Shown piece by piece: positions 44,201 through 61,027 of a DNA stretch of 64,000 bases. Each line of letters starts with the position of its first letter. The stretch's first letter is position 1. A model generated the notes under the pieces. The model saw only the letters and a list, made by a program, of their open reading frames with translations. It was not told the DNA's origin and made no database searches. The stretch is from Eledone cirrhosa (lineage: Eukaryota): NCBI GenBank assembly GCA_964016885.1, contig OZ024748.1, positions 2,790,001 to 2,854,000 of the forward strand, given 5' to 3'. The translations under genes and the position numbers were made by a program.

Positions 44201-44556
44201 CACTCCATAGACCCAGAGCCTATCACCCCCCCCCCCCCCCCCCCTCCCCCCTTCACACACCCATTCTTCTGTGACCTTCGAGCCCTTGCCTTTCCCCTTT
44301 TTTCCATTTCAAATATTTGTAGTGTTTTTTTAATTACTTTAGATTCCTTCATTCCTATAGTTACACCTTTATTATTTTATTAAAGAAATACCACCTCCAA
44401 CTGTTATTAAGTATTTTAAGGCAAGGAAACCCTTTATTTAACTTAGTAGGTCACACTTTAGAGAAATTGGGGGGTAGATAAGTAGATATAATTTACGTTA
44501 CGTAGACCCCGTGGTGAAGCTTATACCATTGAAATGGCTTCGCCTTGACCATAGGG

Positions 44557-44624
<68 letters not shown>

Positions 44625-45041
44625 CACACACACACACACACGGATGTATATATGTGTGTGTGTGTGTGTGTGACACAATAAGAATTGCAGCTTTTTCTAA
44701 ATTTTATTACATATTACAATTTGTTTCTATATCGATCAGCTCGGTTTTGATCATGTGATTGGATCCCGACTATTAATCGACACCTCTTCAGATAGGAGAG
44801 TTTACATGGTTTGTCCCTTCCAAACGCTCGTAGCCACGAGTTACTCACATAACACACACACCCATATATATATATATTAAAATAACAGATTAAAGTTTAA
44901 GCAAAGAATCAAAGCTTTCACCCTTGACGGGATCTTATGAAAGTAAATGAAATCAATCAATATTTACTTTATGGTTTTTATAAATTTGATATATATATTA
45001 TCCTTATCGAGCCCTCTTCGGATTTTACTCTTCACATTTAT

Positions 45042-45115
<74 letters not shown>

Positions 45116-45191
45116 TAGATTGAGTTATAAACTCAAAATAGTCTCTTACAATTAAATATCGCAAGGAAAGAGATTTTTCCGAGCCGTGTAA

Positions 45192-45433
45192 TATAATTGA
45201 ATATAAAAGAGAGATAAACACACATATATACGTACATGTGTTCAAATCCTAAGGGACCAGATTCGCTAGCGTGAAAAAAATACTAACTATAAACAATAGG
45301 GTTTGCCAGACTCAATTTAAAAGAATAAATCAAGAAAATAAATATTCTCTTCACCCTAGCGAACCCGGTCCCTTACGATTTGAACACATATATGTATATA
45401 TCTGTGTTTATCTCTCTTTTATATTCAATTATA
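45192..45433. repeat. Imperfect inverted repeat (about 90-bp arms), PLE-like remnant
   Basis: TATAATTGAATATAAAAGAGAGATAAACAC...GCTAGCGTGAA / TTCACCCTAGCGAA...GTGTTTATCTCTCTTTTATATTCAATTATA. Confidence 0.75.
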
Positions 45434-45514
<81 letters not shown>

Positions 45515-45850
45515 TTTATGTATAATTTATTGAGCAGGAATACGAATTAACTGAAGTTTCAGTGATTCGGCGGCAACGGCTCGTCAGACGACGTGAAGGG
45601 TTTAACATACTTACAATCCATTGTACCGGAAAATTAAAGTCGTGGACAGTCTGATCAATCGATTAAACACTAGTATTGAGTCCTTTATTTGTGAAAGTTA
45701 CGTTTTGTAATGTTATTTAAAAGATTAACGTCATTATATGAATATATGTTAATTATTCAGTCCTATTCATTCAGCAATGTGTACTTCTGTTGTCACCAAC
45801 AGATGTTTTGTATTATATACACGAATATATATATATATATATATATACAC

Positions 45851-45935
<85 letters not shown>

Positions 45936-46127
45936 AATGCAAAAGTTCTATTTAAAGTTGTTGGGATACAACAAGTAAATATTTTTATAACTGATATAAA
46001 GCACTCGACAAGTTTTTGGAGTAGATATACGATATTAATAAATGGAAACTATCCAGACACCCTCCGAAAGTAATGGTTGTATTTTAAAAGGGTACGTCAA
46101 AGCTATTTGTAAAACTGTTATATATTG

Positions 46128-46192
46128 TATTTTATCTGATGAAGGCATACCATAATTTAATATGGTATCCCTGAAATATGTATAATGAAATA
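46128..46192 (+). ncRNA. Type I hammerhead motif within inverted PLE-like remnant 45945-46233
   Basis: TATTTTAT-CTGATGA-AGG C ATACCATA ATTTAA TATGGTAT C CCT-GAA-ATATGTAT-A-ATGAAATA. Confidence 0.7.
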
Positions 46193-46231
46193 AATATGGT
46201 TTTATAAATATAGTTTCCATTTATTAATATC

Positions 46232-46301
<70 letters not shown>

Positions 46302-46432
46302 CTGTGGGGGGGAGGGGGGTATCCCGGATTCAAGAGGGAATAACCACAGTAAGTAAGGTACACAATACATAGCAGAGTATAAATATTTAATATAGAAATT
46401 GCTTCTACAGGACTAGAACTATTTCATTCAGA

Positions 46433-46481
46433 GCTTCCTGATGATTTCTCCCGAATGAAACAGTTCTAGTCATGTAGAAGT
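46433..46481 (+). ncRNA. Type I hammerhead motif within fold-back element 46320-46481 (family also 9665-9806, 24670-24765, 35028-35150)
   Basis: GCTTC-CTGATGA-T-TTC TCCC GAA-T-GAA-ACAG TTCTAGTC ATGT-A-GAAGT; other copies have CTGT completing stem III. Confidence 0.7.
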
Positions 46482-46629
46482 ATGTCCATGTATAACACAC
46501 ACACGCGTATATGCGCGTGCATATTTGTGCATCTACATGTGTGTGTTTGTATATAAATATATATATATATATATATATTTGATGATGGTGACCATTTCTT
46601 ACGAATGAAATGGTTCTAGATGTCATTTC

Positions 46630-46727
<98 letters not shown>

Positions 46728-46804
46728 TTAGATGTATCAATGGTTTTGTAAGGGTAAAATATCGATATGAATCAATAATGAAGTTATGTGGGACCCCCGA
46801 CCCC

Positions 46805-46850
<46 letters not shown>

Positions 46851-47008
46851 CTTCGTTAAAGAATACGGGGTTCCACTATGGCGGGAATGGCAAACATTGG
46901 CAACTTTGTCAGTATGTTTTGATGTTTACATGACGGAGCCAATTGCTACTTTAATATGTATGCATATATATATATATTATATACACATATATACACTTAT
47001 ATATATAT

Positions 47009-47112
<104 letters not shown>

Positions 47113-47764
47113 GTGTATATATGTGTGTGTAGAGAGAGAGACAAAAGTTTCTGTAGAAAGGACGAAAATCAGTCCCAAGCAGATCATAATAAAGCATTGT
47201 GGTTTGTACAGGGGCACGCTTCGAAACCTAAGGTACCTATCTACTGTGTAGAGTAGACATTAATAATAATAGAAATAGTAATAATAATAATATATATATA
47301 TATATATATAAAGTAAGAGAAATATCTCGTGCAATATGAATACTATAGTGGGTGTGTATATGTAACTTTAATCAATCTAATCATTGCAGTGAATTGAGCA
47401 AGATTTGGTCGATATTTCTAGCACGTCAACTATCACAGATTATCTTTCTTCGTCTAAAATAGTTTGGAATAGAGTTAACGTATTTTTACGTCCGGTACCC
47501 GGAGATTATTCTGGTTTTATGGATGTTGTGGGACTGATAGTATAGGACATTCCCCTGGGCAGGTTGCCAGTCCGTCGCAGGTTTAACCACTTAACTACGA
47601 CTACTGCAACGTGCAATGACGTTCATTGCTCATAGACTCGCTGCTTCACTTTGTCTGGAGATCGAAGTCTGGACTTGTCTGGAGATCGAAGTCTGGACGT
47701 TATGACCATGAGAGCAATACACATCTTTTAACCACTAGGCAACACGTTTTCATTATTAAATTAA

Positions 47765-48640
47765 GGGCGGTGGATTGGCAGTATCTGTAGAGTCGTACAC
47801 CATGCTTTGCAGCATAGAGTTACGGCCCTTTATGATCTGAGTTCAAATCCCACCGAGGTTAACTTTGCCTTTCATCCTTATGGGGTCAATAAAATAAAGT
47901 ACCAGTAATGTACTGGGTTATTGCTGGCCTTGTGTAAAAAGTAGAAACAATTATTAAATAGGAGGCAGTCGATTGGTAGTATCGGTGGAGAGTCGGACAT
48001 GAGTTGTGGTATATAGTTACGTCCCTTTAGATCTGATTTCAAATATCGCTGATGTTAGCTTTACCTTACATCCTTACTTGGTCGATAAAATAAAGTACCA
48101 GTAACGCACTCGACGGCGTTTGAACTCAGAACGTAGACGGCCGTAACTCTATGCCGCAAAACATGTTGCCCGGTGCTCTACCGATATTGTCAATACACCG
48201 ATCTTTACAACGATAATAATTGTTTCTATTTTCGGCACAAGGCCAGCAATTGTCTCAGTGTATTACTGGTACTTTATTTTATTGACCCCGTAACGATGAA
48301 AGGCAAAGTTAACCTCGACGGGATTTGAACTCAGAACATAAAGGGTCATGGTGCCTGACGCTCTACCGATTCTGCCAAACCACCGCCAATCCATCACCAT
48401 CCAAATTTACAACTGATTTAGGAACAAGGCCAGTAATTTCGGAGGAGTGGAAACGTCGATTAAATCGACCCCAGTGCGTTACTGGTACTGTATTTTATAT
48501 CGACCTAGTAAGAATGAAAGGCAAAGCTTAACTTCGGCGGGATTTGGTCGATAAAATAAAGTACCAGTAACGCACTAGGCCGGATTTCAACGCAGAAAGC
48601 TAAGCATATTGTCCGGCACTCTACCCATTCTGCCAACATG
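47765..48640. mobile_element. Dense cluster of at least 6 SINE S1 copies or fragments in mixed orientation
   Basis: + copies 47765-47955 and 47962-48110; - copies 48112-48200, 48215-48390, 48412-48545; further fragments. Confidence 0.85.
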
Positions 48641-48851
48641 TAGGATTGGAAACTGGCTGCTATTGTTGTTGTTATTGATGCTGTTTTCTTTTCTACCGTT
48701 ATTGGACATCCATACAGGTTCAATGTTTACAGCCAATGTTTGTTTACGATAAGGATGGGTTGGTCATTATTCTATTCTATGATACACTGTATAGTCAAAA
48801 GTACAATGTCTGCGATGCTACTGTTCAGACATACACACATACTAACATATC

Positions 48852-48933
<82 letters not shown>

Positions 48934-48961
48934 CATATGTCACTCTCTCTCTCTTTCATAC

Positions 48962-49141
<180 letters not shown>

Positions 49142-49714
49142 ATGTATATTTATATATATACATATGTCACTCTCTCTCTTTCATACATATATATATATAT
49201 ATATATACACATCTCACTCTTTCTCTCTCTTTCATATATATATGTGTGTGTGTGTGTGTGTGTATGTATATATGAATAAACATATATAAATATATAGATA
49301 GATATAGATTTATATACATATACATATATGGATACATGCATGCATACACAAGTGAGTACATACACACACGCAGGTAGGTATGTATGTATATATATCTCTA
49401 TATATATATCTATATATATATCTATATATAAACACATACATATATGGATACATGCATACACAAGTGCGTACACACACACACACACGCAGATATATATATA
49501 TATATATAAATAAATAGTTCTATTCAATATTTGGTGTCACACGTCCTAGACTCAGTACGATTCTTTCTGTACTATCGATCTCTCTCAATTCTCTATAAAG
49601 CGGGATATAGGAAAACAAACATGGAAAGAATACCTCTCGTTTGTGGACGAATATGAACGCAAACATAGACCCGGCCACATATAACAATTCCCCACCCCCT
49701 CTCTCTCTTATATA

Positions 49715-49864
<150 letters not shown>

Positions 49865-49895
49865 TATATATGTATAAATAAATATATATTTATAA

Positions 49896-49999
<104 letters not shown>

Positions 50000-50229
50000 A
50001 GGCAACATGACTGGACCTGTTATTTTTCTCTAAAAAACATTTGTTTCCGATTCCGCCCTACCCGTCACTTCAATCTTTCTAATTTGTCATTCAGTATTCT
50101 GATGAAGGACTAACGTCCGAAACGTTGAGACTCTCTTCCTGCTATTTGAAGCGTTAAGTTAATAATATATAATGTATATATATATATATACACACACACA
50201 TATATATATATATAAATATATATATATAT

Positions 50230-50281
<52 letters not shown>

Positions 50282-50445
50282 AAAAGGGACGTCTACAGGA
50301 TTGACTTCTATCATGTAGACATGTTTAACTAAATAACTATAGACTCTGATGAGGTATTTAGTAACATCTTTAGCTCTGGGCTGCTTCCGATATACATTGG
50401 GAATCTACCACTTTGTGTATGTATGTATATATATATATATATATA

Positions 50446-50664
<219 letters not shown>

Positions 50665-50692
50665 ATATATATATATATATATATAAATGTAT

Positions 50693-50780
<88 letters not shown>

Positions 50781-50806
50781 ATATATATATCACTCTACAT
50801 ATATAA

Positions 50807-50864
<58 letters not shown>

Positions 50865-50866
<2 letters not shown>

Positions 50867-51760
50867 ATATATGTATATATATATAACTATAAACATATAT
50901 GTATATATATAACTATATACATATATGGATAAATATAAATATATATATGTGCATATTTATATATATATATATAACTATATACATATATGTATATATATAC
51001 AACTATATACATATATGTATATATATATAACTATATACATATATGTATATATATAACTATATACTTATTTGTATATATATAACTATATATATATGTATAT
51101 ATATAACAATATACATATATGTATATATATAACTATATACATATTTGTATATATATAACTATATATATTTGTATATATATAACTATATATATGTATATAT
51201 ATAACTATATATATATATATGTATATATATAACTATATATATATGTATATATATAACTAAATAAATATATATGGATATATATATAACTATATATGTATAT
51301 ATATAGCTATATATATATAACTATATATGTATATATATATATAACTATATATATGTGTATGTATATAACTATATATATATGTATATATATAACTATATAT
51401 ATGTATATATATAATTATATATATATGTATATATATAACTATATATATATGTATATATAACTATATATGTATATATATAATTATATATATATATAACTAT
51501 ATATATATATGTATGTATATATATAACTATATATGAATATATATAACTATATATATATGTATATATAACTATATATGTATATATATATAACTATATATAT
51601 ATGTATATATATAACTATATATATTTGTATATATATAACTATATATATTTGTATATATATTTACTATATATATTTGTATGTATATAACTATGTGTATGTA
51701 TATAAATAACTATATAAATATACAACTGTATATGTATATTTGTATATAGATAACTATATA
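50865..51760. repeat. AT-rich minisatellite ATAACTATATA...TGTATATAT
   Basis: Direct inspection. Confidence 0.85.
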
Positions 51761-52050
51761 TATATATATATTTATACATAAAACTATATATATATATTTA
51801 TAAAAGTATATATATGCATAAACATATATATATATGTGTGTATATAGATACGTGAAGACTATATTCCTACTATATAAAAACCTCTTTTATACTTCTGAGA
51901 CTAGCTTTATTTCTGTTTACTATTTGCATATATATATATGTGTGTATAAATATGTATAAATATGTATATATAAATATATATATATATAGATGTATGAATG
52001 ATGCTCGTGTCATAGGGATGCCGTAGTGATATAATTGCATACGATTGTTG

Positions 52051-52105
<55 letters not shown>

Positions 52106-52357
52106 TAACAGATTAAAGTTTAAGCAATGAATAGCTGCTTTCACCCTTAACGGGATCTTCTGAAACAAACAAAGTCAATCTGTGAATAGATGTGTGTATA
52201 TATATATATAGATAGATAGATGTATATATATAGATATATGTATATATATGCATATGTAAATATATGCATATATATATATATAGATGTATGTGTATATGTA
52301 TATATATGCATATGTATATATGTATAAATATGCATATTTATATATGTATATCATATA

Positions 52358-52400
<43 letters not shown>

Positions 52401-52573
52401 TTGTATTAATGTGTATGTGAGCATAAGGGAGTTTCTATGGTCGTGTCCGCGTGTGTTGTATGTAAAACAAGAAGATGCGTTGGGGCTGGTCCCTTCAAAC
52501 AGCGTCACATATCAGATCCCTAAAATATATATATAAATATATATATGTATAAATATATATATATATAAATATA

Positions 52574-52616
<43 letters not shown>

Positions 52617-52641
52617 TAAATATTTACATACTTGAAATATT

Positions 52642-52743
<102 letters not shown>

Positions 52744-53076
52744 TATATATTTATATACTTGAAATATATATATATATATTTATATATATATAAATATATA
52801 TTTATATATATAAATATATAGTTATATTTATATATATATATATATATATAAAAATATATATTTATATATATATTTATATATATATTTATATATATATATA
52901 TAAATATATATGTTGATATATATATATATAAATTTATATATTTATATAAATATAAATATATATATTTAAATAAATATATATATTTATATATATGAGCGGA
53001 ACAACCACTATTATAGACACCATATATATTTCCGTGGGTACCTAGTAACTACTGGGATATCTATATCATTTATATT

Positions 53077-53216
<140 letters not shown>

Positions 53217-53218
53217 CA

Positions 53219-53255
<37 letters not shown>

Positions 53256-53720
53256 TTATATATATATATATATATATATATCCTGGGTAAAAACAGGAGA
53301 AAGTAGGAGAAAGCTCTTTATCTTTGTACCTTGTAGATACGATGGAGATTTAGTAGAAGAGTAACGTTAAGAAAGATGGTGGTATTATACAAATCATTTA
53401 TTCATATGAATAAACGATTTATGTAACATCACCATCTTATATATATATACATATACACTCATGTATGTATACACGTGTATACACATGCGTATATAGATAT
53501 ATACATGTATATAAGTGCATATATAGATATAGATATATACATGTATATACACACATAGATATGTGTCTATATAGATATATACATGTATATACACACACGT
53601 TCACACACACACACACATATAGATATGTAGATATAGATATGTATATAAATGTATACATATATACAGATATACATATATATATATGTATATAAATGTAAAT
53701 ATATATATGTGTGTATGTAA

Positions 53721-53759
<39 letters not shown>

Positions 53760-53852
53760 GGAAAAATTTGAACAGGAACAAAACAGAGAGGCAGTACAAC
53801 GTATGTTTATTAATTTCACGCTCTGGAGAGTGGGGTGGTGGTATATATATAT

Positions 53853-54057
53853 ATAGGAACGAGTAGGACCCCGACGGCTGAGCTCAAGCCGTTTCGACGG
53901 CTAATTCTGGACTAATTTAGTCCAGAATTAGCCATCGAAACGGCTTGAGCTCACCCGTCGGGGTCCTACTCGTTCCTATTACCCACTCTACTACCCTAAG
54001 TATTGAGTACTTTGGTGCGTTATGGTCCACCTGGTTCCTTACCACATTTCCTCCGTT
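53853..54057 (+). mobile_element. Second copy of the 26615 fold-back PLE-like element
   Basis: Same arms (2 mismatches), shorter centre (CTAATTTAG), same tail TACCCACTCTACTACCCTAAG...ACCACATTTCC; (TA)n flanks. Confidence 0.8.
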
Positions 54058-54284
54058 ATATATATATATATATATATATATAGTATATATATATATATAA
54101 TTGTGTACCTAGAAAAGTTGGTTTAACTGCAAGTCCTGCACCTGCATGTGTCTTCAATCCACATCACCAGCTGATGCTCTGCATGACTGCATCACTTGCA
54201 GATACATTTTAACACTGAAACACAAACACACAGTGTGACACATACGTGTGTCATGTTTCCGGGAATAACACTGGTGTGTGTGTA

Positions 54285-54351
<67 letters not shown>

Positions 54352-54912
54352 ATATTTGGTTTCATTGCGATTCGAGAATTTCGATTTGTTGTAAAATTTA
54401 GTGTTTATTACTGATACAGTCGTTCAAATAAATTTGGGCCTGCAACTATGTGTGTGTCTGTGTGTGTATAAATATATATAGTATATATACATATAGATAA
54501 ATATATATATATATATATAAATATATACATATATATAAATATATATATAATATATATAAATATATACATGTATAATATATATAAATATGTACATATATAT
54601 AAATATATACATATATATAATTATATACATATATAATATATATACATATATAATATATATAAATATATACATATATATAATTATATACATATATAATATA
54701 TATACATATATAATATATATAAATATATACATATATATAATTATATACATATATAATATATATACATATATAATATATATAAATATATACATATATATAA
54801 ATATATACATATATATATACACACACAATATATATAAAGTTTGTATGTATGTACAATTTTGAAAAGCTTTCAGGGAGGTGATCAAACTGGTGAACAGTCG
54901 TCTTCCGTATAA

Positions 54913-55089
<177 letters not shown>

Positions 55090-55090
55090 G

Positions 55091-55196
<106 letters not shown>

Positions 55197-55504
55197 CATA
55201 TCCACAAATATATACACCTATTCATATATGCATAATATATAACTATATATATATATGCATGTTCATATATGTTCAAGTATATACATGACCCTCCCAAAAT
55301 ATAACAATATATGCATGTCTATATATGTAAAAGAATTATTTGGTTATTTTTAAATATTTGGTTTAATTCTATTTTCAATGGAATACTTATTGGTCCAATT
55401 TCTTATTGATAGTCATTTATATTCTACCTCTATTCTAGTTTTCTGTCACCATCTATTAAATGTAATCTATTCTACAATATATATATATATATATATATAT
55501 ATAG

Positions 55505-55645
<141 letters not shown>

Positions 55646-55776
55646 AAATTAGAATTGGCGCTCATATATATCCAGGGAGTGTAACTTGGAGTTACTGTAG
55701 GTTCACCCGGGTGAGCACTCGATGTTTAGGTTCACTTTCTGTGGTGAGGTGTAGAGCTATACGGAGTGTATTATAG

Positions 55777-56067
55777 TGAAAGGATAACAAGGACGATTGG
55801 TTACTCATTCATTACATTTATTGGAAGGTGACGCGCGTTTCACCACTGATCAGCTCAAGGTTCGATCTGTATCGATCTTACCCGACTCTATAATCGGCAG
55901 CTCGACGGACCCTTTAAAATGGTCCTTTAAAGAGCCCGTCGAGCTGCCGATTATAGAGTCGGGTAAGATCGATTCAGATCGAACCTTGAGCTGATCAGTG
56001 GCGAAACGCGCGTCACATAGCAATAAATGTAATGAAGGAGTAACCAATCGTGGTTGTTATCCTTTCA
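55777..56067. mobile_element. About 290-bp near-perfect palindrome, PLE pseudo-LTR-like
   Basis: About 140-bp inverted arms; contains CGAAACGCGCGTC...AATAAA (hammerhead 3' half with palindromic stem III and GUC). Confidence 0.75.
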
Positions 56068-56129
<62 letters not shown>

Positions 56130-56252
56130 AAATGAAATCGAAAATGCAACGGGATTCTTTTTAAGAATGTGTTTCCTTTACCGGTTTCACAGTTCTTATG
56201 CTTTTCAAAAGTAGAATTGAGATGGAGGGTTTGTGGTTTTTCTCGCATCTGT

Positions 56253-56324
<72 letters not shown>

Positions 56325-56330
56325 ATTTGG

Positions 56331-56473
56331 TTCATTGTTTCTGACGAGAACCGTGAGATAAATCTATTGTATGGTGACTGACTATATGGAGTTACATAAC
56401 TGCTAGCAATTTGTCAATATATCGTTAATATCATGGTTCAATCAACACTTCGAAACGAGCGTAAATCAATGAA
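56331..56473 (+). ncRNA. Type I hammerhead motif with a long stem II insertion
   Basis: Stem I TTCATTGTTT/AATCAATGAA (9 of 10 pairs); CTGACGA; GAACCGTGA...TCATGGTTC; GAA-ACGAGCGT-A. Confidence 0.6.
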
Positions 56474-56927
56474 ATAATCAAACCCTAAACCCTCGCTTCT
56501 TTGATCTCATTGTTCAACGCACACACACATACACACACACATATATGTGTGTGTGTGTATATATATATATACACTACGCTTGGCTATATATATATATGTA
56601 TATATGCTTATATATGTATGTCTGTGTGTGTGCGTGAGTGTATGTATATATGTGTGTGCATGTGTATGTACATATATATATATATATATATGTTTATATA
56701 TGAATGTATGTGTGTGTGCGTGAGTGTATATATATATATATGTGTGTGTGATGCAACGAATATAACTCTATTTCATGATTCTGCATTTAATGAGTAAACC
56801 TAATTAATAAGAGTAATTAAAATTGATTTAGAACATGATGTATTTTAAAGGATCAGTAAGGCGGAAGACTTAAAGCAGGAGTGTATATGTGTGTCTGTCT
56901 ACATATATGTATATATATGTATGTATA

Positions 56928-56992
<65 letters not shown>

Positions 56993-57007
56993 ATATATAT
57001 ATGTATG

Positions 57008-57041
<34 letters not shown>

Positions 57042-57089
57042 TATATATGTATATATGTATATATATGTGTGTATATATATATATGTATG

Positions 57090-57124
<35 letters not shown>

Positions 57125-57193
57125 GTATATATATGTATGTATGTATATATATGTATATATATATATATATGTGTGTATATATATATATGTATG

Positions 57194-57229
<36 letters not shown>

Positions 57230-57326
57230 TGTATATAATGTATATGTATGTATATAATGTATATGTATGTATATAATGTATATATACGTTTATATATATA
57301 TAATGTATATATATAATATATATATA

Positions 57327-57369
<43 letters not shown>

Positions 57370-57609
57370 ATATATATATATAACGTATATATATATGTAT
57401 GTATATAATGTATATATATATATATATATACATAATGTATATATGTTTCAATATTTGTATACATGTATGCATGTATATAATGTATAAATATGTATTAATA
57501 ATGTGTATATATGTATCTTTGTATATATGTATATATGTATGTATATTTGTATATATGTATATATATGTGTATACATGTTTATATATATATGTATGTATAA
57601 ATATTTGTA

Positions 57610-57640
<31 letters not shown>

Positions 57641-57803
57641 GGTTATACTTTGGGAGGGTCATGTTGCCAATAATATATATATGAATATATATATATATGA
57701 ATGTATAAATATTTGTATATATATGAATATATATATACATATATATATGAATGTATAAATATTTGTATACATGTATATATATATATGTATGTATAAATAT
57801 TTG

Positions 57804-57835
<32 letters not shown>

Positions 57836-58352
57836 AATAATTGTTTCTACTTTAGGCACAAGGCCAGCAAATAACCAGTGCATTACTGGTACTTTATTTT
57901 ATCGCACCCGTATAGTGAAATGTTTAGAAGAAATACATTTATCTATGAATCAGTTTATATAATGAAATATATCTTTAACTTATAAAGATGTTATCACGAA
58001 CGCAATATTTATAAATATATGCAAATTTATATTACACAACAAAATATATAGTAGTATTTTATCTCTTGGATATTTTCTCTGTTGTTCTGCTTGGCACTAA
58101 CAACCATACTTTTCTCATTCTATTCTTACTACACGGTTTACGCTATCGTCTGCTTTTCAAATTTATAATTTTCAAGGTTAGATTTGTGTGAGACTTGTGT
58201 AAGTCTTACACACGTATTTACAATGAAAGAAACATAATTTCTGTACGAATTAATCCATTTTCGTTATATCCTGGAGTAGATTTACATGTATATATTATTA
58301 ATATTAGAAACACACTCAACACTTCAGCATTTTTCGTAATATATATATATAT

Positions 58353-58584
58353 ATATTTATTAAAATAACAGATTAAAGTTAAAGCAAAGAATCGCTGCTT
58401 TCACCCTTAACGGGGTCTTCTGAGTTTCAGAAGATCCCGTTAAGGGTGAAGGCAGCGATTCTTTGCTTAAACTTTAATCTGTTATTTTAATAAATATTTG
58501 CTCTAGTGTTCTTATATATTTGATATATATTTATCCTTATCGAGCCCTCTTTGGATTTTAGTCTTCAAATTTATTATTATTACT
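58353..58584 (+). mobile_element. Family A fold-back element (most complete copy); fragments at 1499-1630, 10467-10602, 28924-29008, 32941-33045, 34715-34765, 35813-35880, 44877-45046, 52099-52167
   Basis: Inverted arms 58353-58497 plus tail ATTTATCCTTATCGAGCCCTCTTTGGATTTTAGTCTTC...TTATTATTAC-(TA)n. Confidence 0.8.
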
Positions 58585-58608
58585 ATATATATATATATAT
58601 GTGTGTGA

Positions 58609-58672
<64 letters not shown>

Positions 58673-58771
58673 CATCTATATACATTTTTTATTATATGTA
58701 CAGATTAAACTTTAATCTGCAGATGTATTTGCTTTATATGTATATATATACATATATATACACATATATAT

Positions 58772-58842
<71 letters not shown>

Positions 58843-59094
58843 TATGTATACTTTTTTGGCGACGATGTTGGTGGTGATGTTGATATTAATGTTGTCATTG
58901 GTGATGGTGGTGGAGGAGATATCGGCTTCTATTGATGTTTCTGTTGATGCTGGTTGTTATATTGTTGTTGTTGTTAGTGTTAATAATGTGTGACAATAGA
59001 CGAAGCGGTCCAATTGTTATGTATGGCTCACTGCAAACATTCACCGTCAAAGTTCAGCAGAAGACATATTGGTTCGTGTAGGTATGTATGGTAG

Positions 59095-59625
59095 GTGTGT
59101 GTGATTGTGTACGTATACATGTGTGTGTGTGATTGTGTACGTATACATGTGTGTGTGTGATTGTGTACGTATACATGTGTGTGTGTGATTGTGTACGTAT
59201 ACATGTGTGTGTGTGATTGTGTACGTATACATGTGTGTGTGTGATTGTGTACGTATACATGTGTGTGTGTGATTGTGTACGTATACATGTGTGTGTGTGA
59301 TTGTGTACGTATACATGTGTGTGTGTGATTGTGTACGTATACATGTGTGTGTGTGATTGTGTACGTATACATGTGTGTGTGTGATTGTGTACGTATACAT
59401 GTGTGTGTGTGATTGTGTACGTATACATGTGTGTGTGTGATTATGTACGTATACATGTGTGAGTGTGATTATGTACGTATACATCTGTGTGTGTGTTTAT
59501 GTACGTATACATGTGTGTGTGAGTGTGTACGTATACATCTGTGTGTGTGTTTTGTACGTATACATGTGTGTGTGATTGTGTACGTATACATCTGTGTGTG
59601 TGTTTTGTACGTATACATGTGTGTG
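59095..59625. repeat. 28-bp minisatellite GTGATTGTGTACGTATACATGTGTGTGT
   Basis: Direct inspection. Confidence 0.95.
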
Positions 59626-59800
59626 TGAGTGTGTGCGTGGTTCAGAAAATATATGTGTGTATTTCACTTTATGTATGTAGCGCATGTATGTATAATTTGT
59701 GTGTATATAACTATGAGTGTTTGTTTATCTATTCGCGTGTAAAAATATAAATATATATATATATATATTTACATATATGTAGAAGTTCTATTTACATATA

Positions 59801-59849
<49 letters not shown>

Positions 59850-60735
59850 CATTTTATATATATATTTATATATATATAATATACATATAATATATATTCA
59901 TATAATAGTATATAATAGTATATATATATAGTATACATATAATATATATATATGTATGTAATTTATATATATATAATGTATATAAAATATGTATATATAA
60001 TATATATATATAATGTATATAAAATATGTATATATAATATATATATATATATAATGTATATATAATGTATATATAATATATATAATGTATATATAATATA
60101 TGTATATATAATGTATATATAATATATATATATTATATATATAATGTATATATAATATATATATAAGATACATATAATATATATATAATATATACATATA
60201 TATATATATCATATCATATATATAATTTATATACATTATATGTGTAATATACCTGTAACACATATATATATATATATGTGCGTGTGTGTGTATAATATAT
60301 ATATAATATATATATTATATGTGCAATATACATATAATACATACACACATATATATAATACATATAATATAAATTATATATATCATATGTATATTATACA
60401 TACATATATATATATATACGTATATTCTATATGTAATATACATATAATATGCATATATATATATATATATATATTATATAATATACATATGAGATATATA
60501 ATTTATATACATATATATTATATATTTATATCTAATATACATACATATATATATATACATATGTATATGCATATTATATATTTATATATTATAGACATAC
60601 ATATATATATAATACACATAAAATATACATATATATAATTATATTATATACTTATATGTATATTAAATACATATAATATTCATATATATATAATATACAT
60701 ATAAATATATATTCATATATATATATGTATATATA

Positions 60736-61000
<265 letters not shown>

Positions 61001-61027
61001 GTAGCGGTATGTGACATATCAAATCAT

